Assembly: GCF_009914755.1 (NCBI RefSeq)
Contig: NC_060929.1
Source of the DNA: the human T2T-CHM13v2.0 reference genome, Homo sapiens
Length of the DNA stretch: 64,000 bases
Reading direction: 5' to 3' (one strand)
The position numbers were made by a program, and so were the translations under genes. The notes beneath the pieces were generated by a model. That model was not told the origin of the DNA. It was given only the letters and a program-made list of their open reading frames with translations, and did not search any database. Shown here one piece after another: positions 1-13,880 of this stretch; position 1 is the stretch's first letter; each line of letters opens with the position of its first letter.

Positions 1-19
1 CACTTGCACCCCCATGATT

Positions 20-165
20 GTATATATATAAGAATAAAATAGTCCATGGTATGCATAGACCACATTTTATTTATCCATTCATCCATTGATGGACGCTTGG
101 GTTATTTTTACCTTTTAGCTGCTGTAAATAATGTTGCAATAAACATTGGTGCATTTGTATCTGTT
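20..165 (-). mobile_element. Old L1M fragment
   Basis: 'ttatccattcatccattgatggacgcttgggttatttttaccttttagctgctgtaaataatgttgcaataaacat' is typical reverse-strand L1M 3' sequence. Confidence 0.7.
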
Positions 166-1124
166 CTAGTCCCTGGGGTCCCTTTTCAAGCACCTGCCCC
201 TGAAATGAGCAGAACCTCCCAAGGTATAGGGTGAGGTTAACCCTACAGCAAGTGCATACCGGGATGCACAAAGCTCTGCTAATGTGCAGTAATTGGGGAG
301 GAGATCTGGTGTGAATTATTAAACACTCTTAAAGAAATACTGTTTGATCACTTTTGGGTGGACTCAGTGACTCCCTATTAATTTAACTAAAGTTCAGCAC
401 GGAAACGTTCTCTAGAAATTGGTCTTAGTTAATAGATAATGATTTGTAATTAGCACGTTGTGTGTAAATGAATGCTTTTAAAGGCTTACACATAATTCTT
501 CTCTCAAGTAAGTGAAACTCCCTCTTATATATGTCATTGATTTATACTAGTAATCAACCTGATCTTCAAAGAAGTGGTGAACTTCATCACAGCAGCTGTC
601 TAGGATGTCCCACGTGTCTAGTTAGTGGTAGCTGAATGAATGAGGTTTCTGTCTACCTACAGAAGTCCAAAAGTCCATAGAGGATAAACCTTTGTTAGCC
701 TGAGAGCTAACAAAGGATGAGAGGAACATTTGGAATGAATGTGCAACATCTGCAATTAAATACTGCTAAGTCCAGGTCTACTGGACTGCGTTGCTAGGTT
801 GGGGTGCCCTTTGCTATTCTTTGAAGAGCTCTGCTTGTGTGCTGCTGAACTCCACTCCAACACAGGGCTGTTTTCCAAGTGCAAGACATGCAAAGGCTCA
901 GAATCTAGAAGTTTGGAAAAATTATACAGGGAGGGAACTAGATTTGCTGTGTTTCTTGTTCAGCAGGGCACCCTATTCAACATTTAGCAAATTCTTTAAT
1001 ACTCCAGTAGTCATAAATATTTATGTGTGTTTGTGTCTGTCTACATCAATATCTATAATCTATCATCTGTCTGTCTTCCTATCCACCCACCAATCCATCC
1101 ATCCATCCATCCCTCAAGCAAACT

Positions 1125-1255
1125 CCCACCTTATAGATGAGAAAACTGAAGCACAGAGAAGTTAAGAAACTTCTCCAAAACGTCATAGCTAGTGGTGTTG
1201 TGAACTGGAACTGGAACATACGGCTGGCTGACTCTAAAACCCAGGTGTTCTACCA
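1125..1255 (+). mobile_element. MIR fragment
   Basis: Core 'tatagatgagaaaactgaagcacagagaagttaagaaacttctccaaaacgtcatagctagt'. Confidence 0.7.
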
Positions 1256-1751
1256 ACGTAGTCCAGTCCCATCAGAGCCAAGGTGGCCAAACCTTGGAGG
1301 ACAGGCCTCAAGGAGCTGACTCTAGGCTCTAAGATAAGAAAGTCGGTGGACAAAAGAGACCAAGAAGCGGTGTGTTTTCTTATGGATTTTTGGGGGCCAG
1401 GGAAGGCAGTGCAGGGGACAGGGACATCTTCAGGAGGAGTCACTCACAAGGGTTATAGCTCTCCTCCAAAGTGGCTTCTGCTTTCATTTTTTTGGTTCTT
1501 TTGCACAACCTCGTTCAAATTGCTTTGACTGTTGTCATGTTCTCTCTGGTTGGTGAACATTTGGGAGCTGGGTATCAGCTTTTTCAGCCTCTTACCCCAG
1601 AGAATTAACTTCTTCATTCATCTGTACTGTTCATAAAATCCCACACCAATCACTTCTGAGGTTTGGTGCCCCAGTCCCAAAAGTGTGTACAAATGAACTG
1701 TCACAGGTGACACGTGTCACTGCTGCACCCGGAGAGACAGAATTTGCTCAC

Positions 1752-1870
1752 TGTGGTATTTGCTCTTGTGGTATGGACATTTCTGTGGTATTTGCTCTTG
1801 TGGTATCTTGTGGTATTTGCTCTTGTGGTATGGACGTCTTGTGGTATTTGCTCTTGTGGTATGGACGTTT
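1752..1870. repeat. Minisatellite, four units of ~25-32 bp (TGTGGTATTTGCTCTTGTGGTATGGAC...)
   Basis: Directly visible tandem units; TGTGGTAT occurs eight times. Confidence 0.9.
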
Positions 1871-2532
1871 GCTGGTGAAACACATCCACAGTGGAGGAAT
1901 ATTGGCTGCATTTTAAACTTTAAGGGAATATCTGACAGTTGAAAATCTGGCTGATGAAATGACCCCTCCCAAAGCCCTCCTCACATAAGAGCTAAAAATA
2001 AATGCATTAAAAATTGCACAGTTTGCATCAGCCAGATTTGGATGAGGGATGTAGAATGATGCCCCAATAGAGCAGAGGGGATTTCTGAATCTGGGTGTCT
2101 GTTACGGTCTAGAGAAGCCCAGGAATACGCAAGCCCGAAGCTTTTGCCTTCTTTGCCTTAACGCTGCATCTTGTTTTGGAAAGGGGTGGTGACCAGCAGC
2201 TCACTCCAGGGTCAATATGCTCACGCTCTCTGCGCTCTGTTCCATGGCTTCTGTTTCTACCAAGTCATCTTTGCTGAACTTTTTCCTCAACAGTAGAATA
2301 TTCACTCTAAATTATGAAGGATAGTGTCATGACACCTTCCAACTCTGTTAGCATAATGACAAAAGACTTCTTTGGGTTTATTCCTTAATGAATTTGCCAG
2401 GAAACTGGATTTATTTTGAACACAAGGGAAATAGTAGCCCAGTATAGCTCTTCCAACTTTTCCATGTCTCAGAGTGTTCATAGAAAGACTCAGAGTGTTC
2501 ACAGAAAATGAAGGAGGCCAGATATGAAGTAT

Positions 2533-2721
2533 CAGTGGTCTTCAAAGCATAATCCCAAGACCAGCAGCATCAGCATCACCTGGGAACTTGTTAGAAATGC
2601 AGATTACTGGGTCCCACTCCAGACCTACTGAATCAGGGCCTCTGGCGATGGGCCCCAGCAATCTGTGCTTTAACAGCCCTTTGGGGAATTCTGGCTCATG
2701 CTCCAATTTGAGAACCATTGG
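2533..2721. mobile_element. MER5-family hAT DNA transposon relic
   Basis: 'cagtggtcttcaaa...cagcagcatcagcatcacctgggaacttgttagaaatgcagatt...tttgagaaccattg'. Confidence 0.8.
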
Positions 2722-3083
2722 CACAGAGGTAAAAAAAATGGGACAGGAAGACAGAAGAACCAAGATGAGTATTTGCCTCTTCCTGGCTGGGGGACTGAAG
2801 GAAACACGTATCCTCCTGGGATCTCATCTTCCTCATTTCTGCAGACAATTACAACTGGCCTGCTCACGTGACAGTGGAACTAAGGACACCAGGAAGGAAC
2901 TCAAGATTCCGGTTTTGTTATCATTTAAATATTGGTCATCAAAACAGCAAAGCTCTTTGTTTCTAGTTCCTGAACAAAAATCCTGTTGTCAGCTAGATAG
3001 ATACCGTTCAACATGATATTTCTCTTTGTAATTATGGGGTGGACTGGTAGAAGCTCAAAAGGATGTTTGGAAAGTATGCATAG

Positions 3084-3385
<302 letters not shown>

Positions 3386-4128
3386 AGTTAAGTCTTAAAG
3401 TGATGTCTGTAACCCGTTGACCTCAGACATTCAAACCAAAGATCACGAACTGTGTTTTATACTACTGATTGTTTCTTCTAGGAGGCTTTAAGCTCAGAGT
3501 TCACTGAAAATGTGCCTGAGTCCCAGGTCACAGGAGCAGCACCCACGTGTGGCCATGTGTCTGGTGCAGGCGTCTCTTTCTCAGCTCTCACTGTCTTTTG
3601 CCTTATCTTGGAGATCCACTTGAAACTGATTTCCCTCCATGAATTGCTTCCCCATAAGCTCAGTCACTACCCAGTGTGAAGCCTGTGAGACCTGGCTGGT
3701 GACTGAGCCACCCGGGAGACAGGAGCGCTCAGCAGAGGACAAGCTTCGATGCTGAAACTGACCAAACCCTGGAGGATCCCTCCTGGTGAAACTGTTCCAG
3801 GCGCAAAGTTCTGGGGTAACTTTTGGCCCAGGGAAGCTCCCAACATGAAAGCATTCCACCTAGAATGGTTGGTTACACCTCTATGGCCAGAGAATCCAAG
3901 TCAGGGATACTGTTTATGAGTCCTCTCTAGGACTCCCAACCGGAAGAGAGTGAAAACATGTCTTTTGAAGGGTTAGGATGGTTGCACTTTATTGAGTCCC
4001 CAAAGAGAAAACTGCAAGTGAAGACAAGGTTTATTCCTATAACATAGTCTAAAAGAAGTAAAATGCTTTCTTTCCTTCCTCTCCAAGTTCAATGGAGTGT
4101 CATTATGATCTCCTTGGAAATACTTTTT

Positions 4129-4141
4129 GGGGGGGGGGGGG
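4129..4141. repeat. G13 homopolymer
   Basis: Direct count. Confidence 0.9.
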
Positions 4142-5336
4142 AACCCTCTCTTTGGTGGACGTTTAAAAATGGATGTTAGGCTAAGATAGAATGATCCAAT
4201 TATCCACTTCCCTTGGCTGGTCCCTTACAGGGAATGATGGTGGTCCTGAGCTATGAAGATAGGACTCAGCTCTGCCGGGGGCTTGCCTGCAATGCCTCGG
4301 TCCTGACGAGAGATGCGGAGCTTGCTCTCCATCCAGGGTGGATTTTAGCAACATTTGCCTGAGGCCCAGTGGCCTTGGTGTTTCACTCTGAGACTGAGTC
4401 AAGCACATTCTGGAGACCTCTGGGAGAAAGGCTATGGCTAGGTGGTGTTCACACTCATGGCAAGGATGCCATCTTAGCACATTAATTCTCATTTGCTTAA
4501 ATGCTCGGGATCTGCTTACGTAAAAAGAAGGTGCCCCTTAGAGCCATTATAGACTGTCCTCTAAATCTAGATGGCAAGCAGTCTTTTGGAACCTACTGCA
4601 GCCACTCTGTGAGATGCCAGAGACCCCTGGCCATGTCAGGGCGTTTCTTCAATGCCAACTCCCGGGGAAGGAAGGCTGGTGCAGAGGGAGCTGGTTCCAA
4701 TGAGGAGCTTCTCTCTACCTGAGGGGACTCAAGATGAATCTCACACTCTTGGCGGCAAAATCATGGTCCTATTACAACCTGACAAGAATCTGTAATAATT
4801 GGCAATAATCTGCTTACTGTACATCCAGAATTTCATAATATTTGCTGCAAGAAGCATGATTGATTTCCATAAATGAAGTTGGCATTTCTAATACATTTTG
4901 TTTCTGTTTGCCTTTATGGAGGCAGGTTGGCAAGTGAATAGTTGGGGCCTCCCTGGTGACCTGGTGTCTACAGCTCATGACCCTATTTATTTAGTCATTG
5001 GCTTCTTTGCTTTTAGCAAATACTAGAACTGAGGGGAGGCTGATTAGATGTTAGCAACACATCAAATAGGCCATGGGGGCCAAGCCATTCACCAGGGGGT
5101 CACAGACAACACCATATGTTTTCCAGAGTGCTGCACATGGAGTGGGCTGATGCCCACCATGGGAAGGAGAGATGTATGAAGTTTCTGATCAACGAGGGGG
5201 AACAACTGTGTCTTTTGGCTTTTATAGTTCCTGCAGAGCCAGAGAAAATGAGCCTTCAATAAATGTTTGCAGAGTAACACACACATATACTCTCTCTCTC
5301 TCTCTCAGATTGGTTCCTTAAGAATCTACTGTTCAG

Positions 5337-6704
5337 ATATATAGACTAAAGGAATAGAACAGAGGCCTTAGAAATAACACCACACATCTACAACCATCTG
5401 ATCTTTGACAAACCTGACACAAACAAGCAATGGGGAAAAGATTCCCTATTTAATAAATGTTGTTGGGAAAACTAGCTAGCCATATGCAGAAAACTGAAAC
5501 TGGACCCCTTCCTTACACCTTATACAAAAATCAACTCAAGATGTATCAAAGACTTAAACATACGACCCAGGACCATAGGAATCATAGAAGAAAACCTGGG
5601 CAATACCATTCAGGATGTAGGCATGGGCAAAGACTTCATGTCCAAAACTCCAAAAGCAATGGCAACAAAAGTCAAAATCGACAAATGGGATCTAATTAAA
5701 TTAAGAGCTCCTGCACGGCAAAAGAAACTATCATCAGAGTGAACAGGCAACTATAGAATGGGAGAAATTTTTTGCAATCTATCCATCTGACGAAGGGCTA
5801 ATATCCAGAATCTATAAAGAACTTAAACAAATTTACAAGAAAAAAAAAACCCATCAAAAAGTGAGCAAAGGATATGAACAGACACTTCTCAAAAGAAGAC
5901 TTTTATGCAGCCAACAGACATATGAAAAAATGCTCTTCATCACTGGCCATCAGAGAAATGCAAATCAAAACCACAATGAGATACCATCTCACACCAGTCA
6001 GAATGGCGATCATTAAAAAGTCAGGAAACGAGATGCTGGAGAGGATGTGGAGAAATAGGAACGCTTTTACACTGTTGGTGGGAGTGTAAATTAGTTCAAC
6101 CATTGTGGAAGACAGTGTGGCGATTCCTCAAGGATTTAGAACCAGAAATACCATTTGACCCAGTGATCCCATTACTGGGTATATACCCAAAGGGTTATAA
6201 ATCATTCTACTATAAAGACACATGTACACGTACATTTATTGTGGCACTCTATTCACAATAGCAAGCACTTGGAACCAACCCAAATGTCCATCAATGATAG
6301 ACTGGATAAAGAAAATGTGGCACATATATACCATGGAATACTATGCAGCCATAAAAAAAGGATGAGTTCATGTCCTTTGCAGGGACATGGATGAAGCTGG
6401 AAACATCATTCTCAGGAAACTATCACAAGAACAGAAAACCAAACACTGCATGTTCTCACTCATAAGTGGGAGTTGAACAATGAGAACACATGGACATAGG
6501 GGAACATCACACACTGGGGCCTGCTGGGGGTCAGGGGCTAGGGGAGGGATAACATTAGGAGAAATACCTAATTTGGATGTCGGGTTGATGGGTGCAGAAA
6601 ACCACCGTGGCACGTGTATACCTATGTACCAAAACTGCACATTCTGCACATGTACCCCAGAACTTAAAGTATAATAATAAAAATAAAATAATAATAATAA
6701 TAAA
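5337..6704 (+). mobile_element. 5'-truncated L1PA element (ORF2 3' end + 3'UTR + A-tail)
   Basis: L1 ORF2 remnants (MNRHFSKED...[18 protein letters not shown]), L1 3'UTR, (AAT)n tail, exact 17-bp TSD AAGAATCTACTGTTCAG at 5320-5336 and 6705-6721. Confidence 0.97.
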
Positions 6705-6721
6705 AAGAATCTACTGTTCAG

Positions 6722-6892
6722 TTCTCCTCAAACCTGAATGTGCACACAAGCGCATCTAATTAGAATGCAACTGTGCTGCAGAAAATCTTGGACGGGTTAG
6801 GGTTAGGAGCCAGAGAAGAATCTCTCCTGTGTTTCTAACAAGATTCTGGGTAACATTGATGCTGCTGGTTCCCCAACTAGACTTTGAGTAGC
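6722..6892. mobile_element. MER5-like relic
   Basis: 'tttctaacaagattctgggtaacattgatgctgctggttcccc...actttgagtagcaag' resembles a MER5 end. Confidence 0.55.
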
Positions 6893-7219
6893 AAGACACT
6901 ACAATGCATTTCATGTATTGCAGAATAATAGAACTTATTTATGTGTTCTTTTACAAGTTCTCTATTGAACTTGCTGTGTCTCCTTTATTGGTAGTGATCA
7001 TGTATAATGAATGCTTCCTTCCTAATGCATTTGCAGGGTTACAGGAGCTACTCCATCTCTGTCCAGTAATTAGACAATTCCTGTTTAGTGACATCTTACA
7101 GTTGTCTATTTGGGGGTTTCTTTTAGTTTTGCACCATAGCAGAATACTTGCTTTCTGCACCAGATCAAGCATGAGGTTCAAAGGCCGTTTGCACATTTGA
7201 GGCTGTTCTGCCGAGTCCA

Positions 7220-7253
7220 ACACACACACACACACACACAGAGACACACACAC
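7220..7253. repeat. (CA)n microsatellite
   Basis: Visible dinucleotide run, interrupted by GAGA. Confidence 0.9.
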
Positions 7254-7399
7254 GCTGCAACAGGCGTGAGGAGAGGGCCTCAGGGGACGTTGCCTTCTTT
7301 TTCAGTTCTTTATGTATGTTGGATGAAAGTTTATGTTTAAAATTCCAGGTTATTTCACATGAGTCACACTGAAAAGGAAATACAAACGTGTTGCATTTA

Positions 7400-7504
<105 letters not shown>

Positions 7505-8244
7505 TTAGCAAAGAAAACAACATTACAAATAAGGAATAGTTGTTATTGAAGCAAGTTCTTGCCCTAACAAAGCTTGTTTTCTTGGGGACCATTCCAAGTA
7601 GAAGACATTCTTTGGCCCTGAACACTTCATTTTACATACAGATATTAAAAAAGGAGAACAGTTATTCTAGAAAATCCCCACAGCATGTCAGCCGCTTGCA
7701 ATAATGTTCACATCACAGACAGGGTCAGGGCAGATGCTGCAAACAGATGGTCATTTTGTAAGTTTTATGGCCTTCTTTTCTGGTGAAAACTGGCAGGTAA
7801 TAAAGGCTTGTCACCTGCACTGAAGCATGCAGGAGTCTGTATCAGCAGCTTAGCTTTTAGCCGGAGAGTGACAAGAATAAAATTTCTAATTTGAGCTCAC
7901 AGAAGTGCTTGATCATCTTTCAGACAGTTCATTTCTTACAGACCCAAAGGACGGGCAGGGGGCATCGCCTGCATGTCCCCCATGTATCTGGAAGCCTGCG
8001 GCTTTGGAATCAAACTAGATGCAGAGGGAGGATCCCACTCTGTTGTCTGGCTTGCCTGTCGTCTAGACGAAAGAGATGAAGGTCTCCTCTAGTTGCCAGC
8101 AGCTTCTGAAGGCCCAGAGAGGGGGCCTATTAGCCCACTTCCTTATGGGAAACCCTTGAAGCTCAAGCCACCCACTCAGAGGAAGGGCACAGGCCACCAC
8201 TCCCTTCACAGCTGCTGAAGGGTCATGGTTCAAGAAATCTTTGG

Positions 8245-8940
8245 TAGAATGACCATATCACCTAGCAATCCCACTGCTGGGTGTATATTAGAAAGAAAGG
8301 AAATCAGTGTATCAAAAGATATCTGCATTCCCATGTTTATTGCAGTGCTGTTGACAATAGCCTAGATGTGGAATCAACCCAAGTGTCCACCAACAGATGA
8401 ATGGTTAAAGAAAATGTGGTATATGTACACAATAGAGTACTGTTTGGCCATAAAAAGAATGAAATCCTGTCACTTGCAGCAACGTGGTGGAACTGGAGGT
8501 GATTTATGTTAAGTGAAACAAGCCAGGCACAGAAAGACAAATATGGTATGTTCTCACGCACATGTGGAATATGCGGAAGCTAAAAAAAATTGATCTATGA
8601 AGATGGACAGTAGAATGATGGTTATCAGAGACTGAGAAGTGGAGTTGGGAGAGAGGAATAAGAGGGGATGGTTAATGGGTAGAAAAATACAGTTAGAAGA
8701 GAAAAGATCTAGTGTTTCATAGCACCATAGGGCAACCATAATTCACAGTAATTTATTGTATATTTCAGAACAACTAGAATAATGGAATTGGGATGTTCCT
8801 AACATAAATAATAAATGTTTAAGGTGATGGTATCTCATTACCCTTATTTGATTGTTATACACTGTATACTTGTATCAAAAAATCACATGGACCCCGTAAG
8901 TAAGTACAACTATTATGTATTCATAAATTTTTTTTTAAAA
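8245..8940 (+). mobile_element. L1MA-type 3' fragment
   Basis: 'cctagcaatcccactgctgggtgtatat...aaggaaatcagtgtatcaaaagatatctgcattcccatgtttattgcag' and L1MA-type 3'UTR. Confidence 0.85.
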
Positions 8941-9199
8941 AAGCTTTGGAAAATGCTGTCTTGTGTCAGTGGGGTATAAAACACTCTAAAACTAGGAAGG
9001 GCTCATTGTTTGCTTCCAGTATTTAGGGGATAATGAAGTAGGATCACTCTACCTATAGGCCACAAGAGAAAGGTCAGTATAACCTCTCAAGGTCTAAGTT
9101 CACTCCACCCATGATTTTTTACCTAAGAGTTCACTACAGCTGTGCAATAAAATTCCTCCTGGAGAATTCAGCTTAGAAAGTGAGAGCCGAAAGTCCATT

Positions 9200-9945
9200 T
9201 TTCCATTTTAAAGACCATTCTGTTATCCTCTCTGGTTGAATGCATGTCACTCCTGTCTCTGTATTATGGTGCAAACCACCATCTCTCTCTGGACCATTGC
9301 TACCAAATCCTCCTCGAAGGCCCAACTTCCACTCTGCCCAGCCTGATTCCTCCATCCACCCTGTTACCAACAGTTAGAATGCTGTCTTTGTAACACAAGT
9401 TGGGTTCTGTCTCTTTCTCTGCTTGTAATGCTCCAATGCCCTTCACCCTGAGACGGCTCTCCACTATGGCCATGAGGCCCTGCAAGGTTTGTTTCCTGCC
9501 TAAAATCCTAACACATTTCTCCCTCCTCTCCTCCTGTTAAAGGAGTCCCAGCTTTGCCGACCCTCCTTCCTCAGAGCGGGCCAAACTTGTTTAGCTTCGG
9601 TGAGGTTGTCTTTGCTGATCTTTCTCCCTGGAACTCGCTTCCCTCAGACTTCAAATGTCTCCTCCTCCCACGTCAAGTGAAGTAACCCCTTCCGCCTGCA
9701 CCCCCATCTCATTACCCTGATCAGTTTCTTCTTCCTACTAAACACAGTGCAGTATCATCTTGCTGGGAACTTGTTATACTGTTTACCTTATGTACTGTCT
9801 GCCTTCCTCTTCCAGAGCAGAAGGCCCTTGAGAGAGAAACAGTCTGTCCTGCTGCTACCTCCGTATGTATCCTCAGAACCTGGCACAGCACCTGGCCTCA
9901 GTGGACACCCATAGAGTAAGTGCCCCATTTGCTGAATGAATAAAT
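9200..9945 (+). mobile_element. Degenerate L2 3' region
   Basis: Pyrimidine-rich L2-like sequence ending 'cctggcacagcacctggc...tttgctgaatgaataaatg'. Confidence 0.6.
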
Positions 9946-10195
9946 GGGTAAACCTTAGATAGATCTGCCTTCAGAGCTATAATTTGCTGATAGAAAATGT
10001 CACTTGAGGAATAAGGTGAAATTTTGTTTTTTCTGTTGCTCAGAATTAAATGCATATATTTTTTAGAACATTTGCACTATTGCAGTCTTGGCCTCCCTCC
10101 CTGTTGTGAAATCATAAACAGACACTGAGATGCTCTCATCAGAGGAATCTTAAAGGCACGAGGCACAGTTTGTGGCTTCTGAGCCTAGGATGTTA

Positions 10196-10810
<615 letters not shown>

Positions 10811-11544
10811 TCAGATGGGAAGGGAAAACCTCCAGGTGAATTTAAAACTCAGGCAGTGGAGCTGCTGGGATGCTGCAGCCCTTTCTTGAGGTGAACTGAA
10901 CACGTGAGGTTCCCAGGCATGCAGGGCTGCAAGAACTCGCTATGGAAGCCGGCATGCCTGAATGAATAGCCAACTGGATTTCTCAGGGCTCTCCAGTGGC
11001 AGAGAAACACTTAGGAGAGAAGAATTTTATGAGGCTTCATCCAAGCTAGAAAATGAATCCAGAAAAGGAGGGTGGGGGAAGCCTGGAATAAACACCTAGA
11101 TGGATCTGAACTTCTAAGAGCTCAGCAGAAGAGATGACAGCTCCATCAAAGAGATGTTTGCACTTCCAGCCCTCATAGGCTGCATTTTGGGGATGAAGCT
11201 TCCCTTGTGGTTTTCATATCAGAGGGAATGTTTTCTTGGCAGGGAATGAAACAAGGAAGATGGCAGTTTTTCAGGATATCTTTCAATGCACTGAACTTTA
11301 AATGTTCCGTAGATTTGTTCTTGAACAAGAAAAAGCATTGCTTTTGATGTTGGGGCCACAAGAAATCTGATTTTGCAAGTAAACCCTGGAATGATGGGCA
11401 TTTGCTAACATCCTGCAAGGTGGGGGTTGTAAACTCAATATCCCCATCAATATGTGAAAGACTGGCTTCCACCTGGCTTGGCTGGGGACTTATTCATACC
11501 ACTACTGAAAGTGGCAAACCACCACTATCCTCACTTCTGCTATC

Positions 11545-11592
11545 CCACCATCACCTCCATCACCCTCACTACCACCACCACCACCATCATTG
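11545..11592. repeat. Imperfect (CAC/CAT)n trinucleotide repeat
   Basis: Visible; gives rise to spurious poly-His/poly-Thr ORFs. Confidence 0.85.
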
Positions 11593-13239
11593 TTGTGATA
11601 ATAACAATCGGCGTTTACATAGCACCCATTGGCTTTAGAGGAACTTCCCTATATACACATAATATTCAATAAAGATCTCAATGTTCTTTCTGGCTTGCTA
11701 CATGATTGAGAGTGTACTCCTGAATTGCATTTTTAAGTAAGTTAGAGCAAAGCTGTTTAAGCCTCTAAATAAGTTTGAAGAATTACATACACTGAAATTG
11801 TCAAGATCCCTGCCATTTTCTAAGAAGATTAAATATCAGAAACATAGTAAATTTTATGTTTTATTTTATTTTGAGTCCAGGGCACAATTATGTGCCATTG
11901 GAACTGTTTTGACATAAACACGCACACCCACACCTGAAGGCCTTTTGAATGATTCTCTTGGGCAAGAGAGTTAAAGAGAAACATGAAACTGAATAATAAT
12001 GCAGTCGATCTCACAACTGTTCCTTAATCTCAGTGTATCATCCCAGACAGCTGGTGATGTGGCTACCCAGGGCAATGATAACTGCACATTGAAAGGGTCA
12101 GTTGAATTTGGTGTCATGACTAGCTCAGCATAATCAGTACAAATGGGATCCTCTGCCGAATGTCTAGACTCCAGGGACTCAGAATTCAGATTCACAGCTT
12201 TCTTTGTTCCTGTTCATCTACGCGGCAACATGTAAGGGGAAACAGTGAATGTGAATAGTAACCTAGAGTCCATGTAATGAGTTAGGTTCTCCCGTTCAGG
12301 AAACGTCTCAGGAGCAGCGCTGAGGTGTTCCCTTGTAGGGTCTGCACATGGAGGCAGAATGTGCTCCTGGGGGCAGGGATAAGAAACATCCGTTTATTAT
12401 AGTTTTCTTTACGCAGCTGAGCAGAGTTAACACGGAAAACACTGCCGCTGGGGTAAATGCATTTGCTATTAGAAAAATTTATCTTCGCTGTCCTGGTTTG
12501 GAAGGCATTTTAATAAATCATCCAATTTGTCTGCTCTGCTTCCCTGCCAGTCTACACCTAAATACTACTGGAGAACTGCCTCCTGCTCTTCAGATTCCTC
12601 TCCTAAGAGGGTCTCAGTGTCTGCACGGCGCCCTTTGCGCCCCAGCTTTATGAATGCTCTAACATGGCCTTGTTCTATTAAAGGCTCTTCCTCATAGCCT
12701 ATTTTCAGCAGGGACCCATCTCCATGCCCATGTGGTAAAGAGGATGTGGGGTCCCCGTTGAAAGGTCCTCAGGGCTCCGGCAGCTTTGCTTTTAAGGTAT
12801 AACTCCCTCTACAGCCAGAGCCCACATCCTGCTTCTTGGAGGAGGGCCATCCAGGGAGAGGGTGAGGTATGGAGAGCTTGGAGGGGGCTGTGAGTGCCTC
12901 AACAGAAGCATATACAGAGTGTACAAGACGTACAGACTATACAGTGACTTAAGGGTAAGCCCTGTTATCAGATGGGCTGGGCATGGCACAGTGGAGGGGG
13001 CAGAGACAGATACCCACTGTACCAATTCTGGCCTCCATAGAGTCTTGGCTGATGAGAAAGGAAGGCAATGGCTGTGACTGAGATCGTGAGGGATGACGAG
13101 CGTGAAAGATGAATGCCTCCCCAGGGAATCTGCAGTCATCAGCTCTAAGGAAGCTTCTTTGGGATATGTCACGTAAGAGGTTGTATCATGGCAAGAGGGG
13201 AAAATATCTCAACAGCAGTTTCATGCAGTTCCCCTTAAA

Positions 13240-13355
13240 TCCTCCTCCTGCCCTCCTCTTTCCATTCCCCGTCCCTCCCCTCCCCACTCCCCTCTCCTCC
13301 CCTCCCCACTCTATTCCCCTCCCCACCTCCCCTCCCCTCCCCTCCCCTTCCACCT
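13240..13355. repeat. C-rich low-complexity tract (CCCCT)n; G-rich on the CTNND2 sense strand
   Basis: Visible pyrimidine tract. Confidence 0.85.
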
Positions 13356-13694
13356 TCTTTTCAGTTCCCTCCATTCCTAATGCACAGGGCCTAACTACAC
13401 TGCCTCCATCGAGTCCCCTCCCCAGTGGGTGATGTCAATGAGGAAGAAATATGTGGGAATATTCTCTCTAATTTGAAAGAATATTATGAGCTGGGCAAAC
13501 AAGAGGAAAGGACCGATAAAACATGGGTAGAAAACATTTTATCTTAGTTATGCCTCTATTCTTAGTCCCAATTCTTGGAAATCATCATTATCAAGCTCTC
13601 AAGTGACTGGACAGCTGCTAAGTCCTGCTCAGCAGCCAAGCGCAGCCAGCCCCGTGAAGCCTGATGTCCCATATCTCTGCCTTGTCGCGGGTCA

Positions 13695-13880
<186 letters not shown>

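Noticed and set aside
1752-1870. Repeat array as a CRISPR-like locus
   Set aside because: No unique spacers, no cas genes, and the DNA is mammalian; it is a simple minisatellite.
2468-2508. 21-bp tandem duplication (also a 15-bp one at ~50744-50775 and AATTATGTAGAAAA repeats at ~55280-55405)
   Set aside because: Ordinary slippage duplications with no sign of function.
5337-6704. L1 as an active or transducing element
   Set aside because: 5'-truncated with a disrupted ORF2; the TSD directly follows the A-tail, so there is no transduction.
11402-11672. Poly-His / poly-Thr ORFs
   Set aside because: Derived from a (CAC)n microsatellite.
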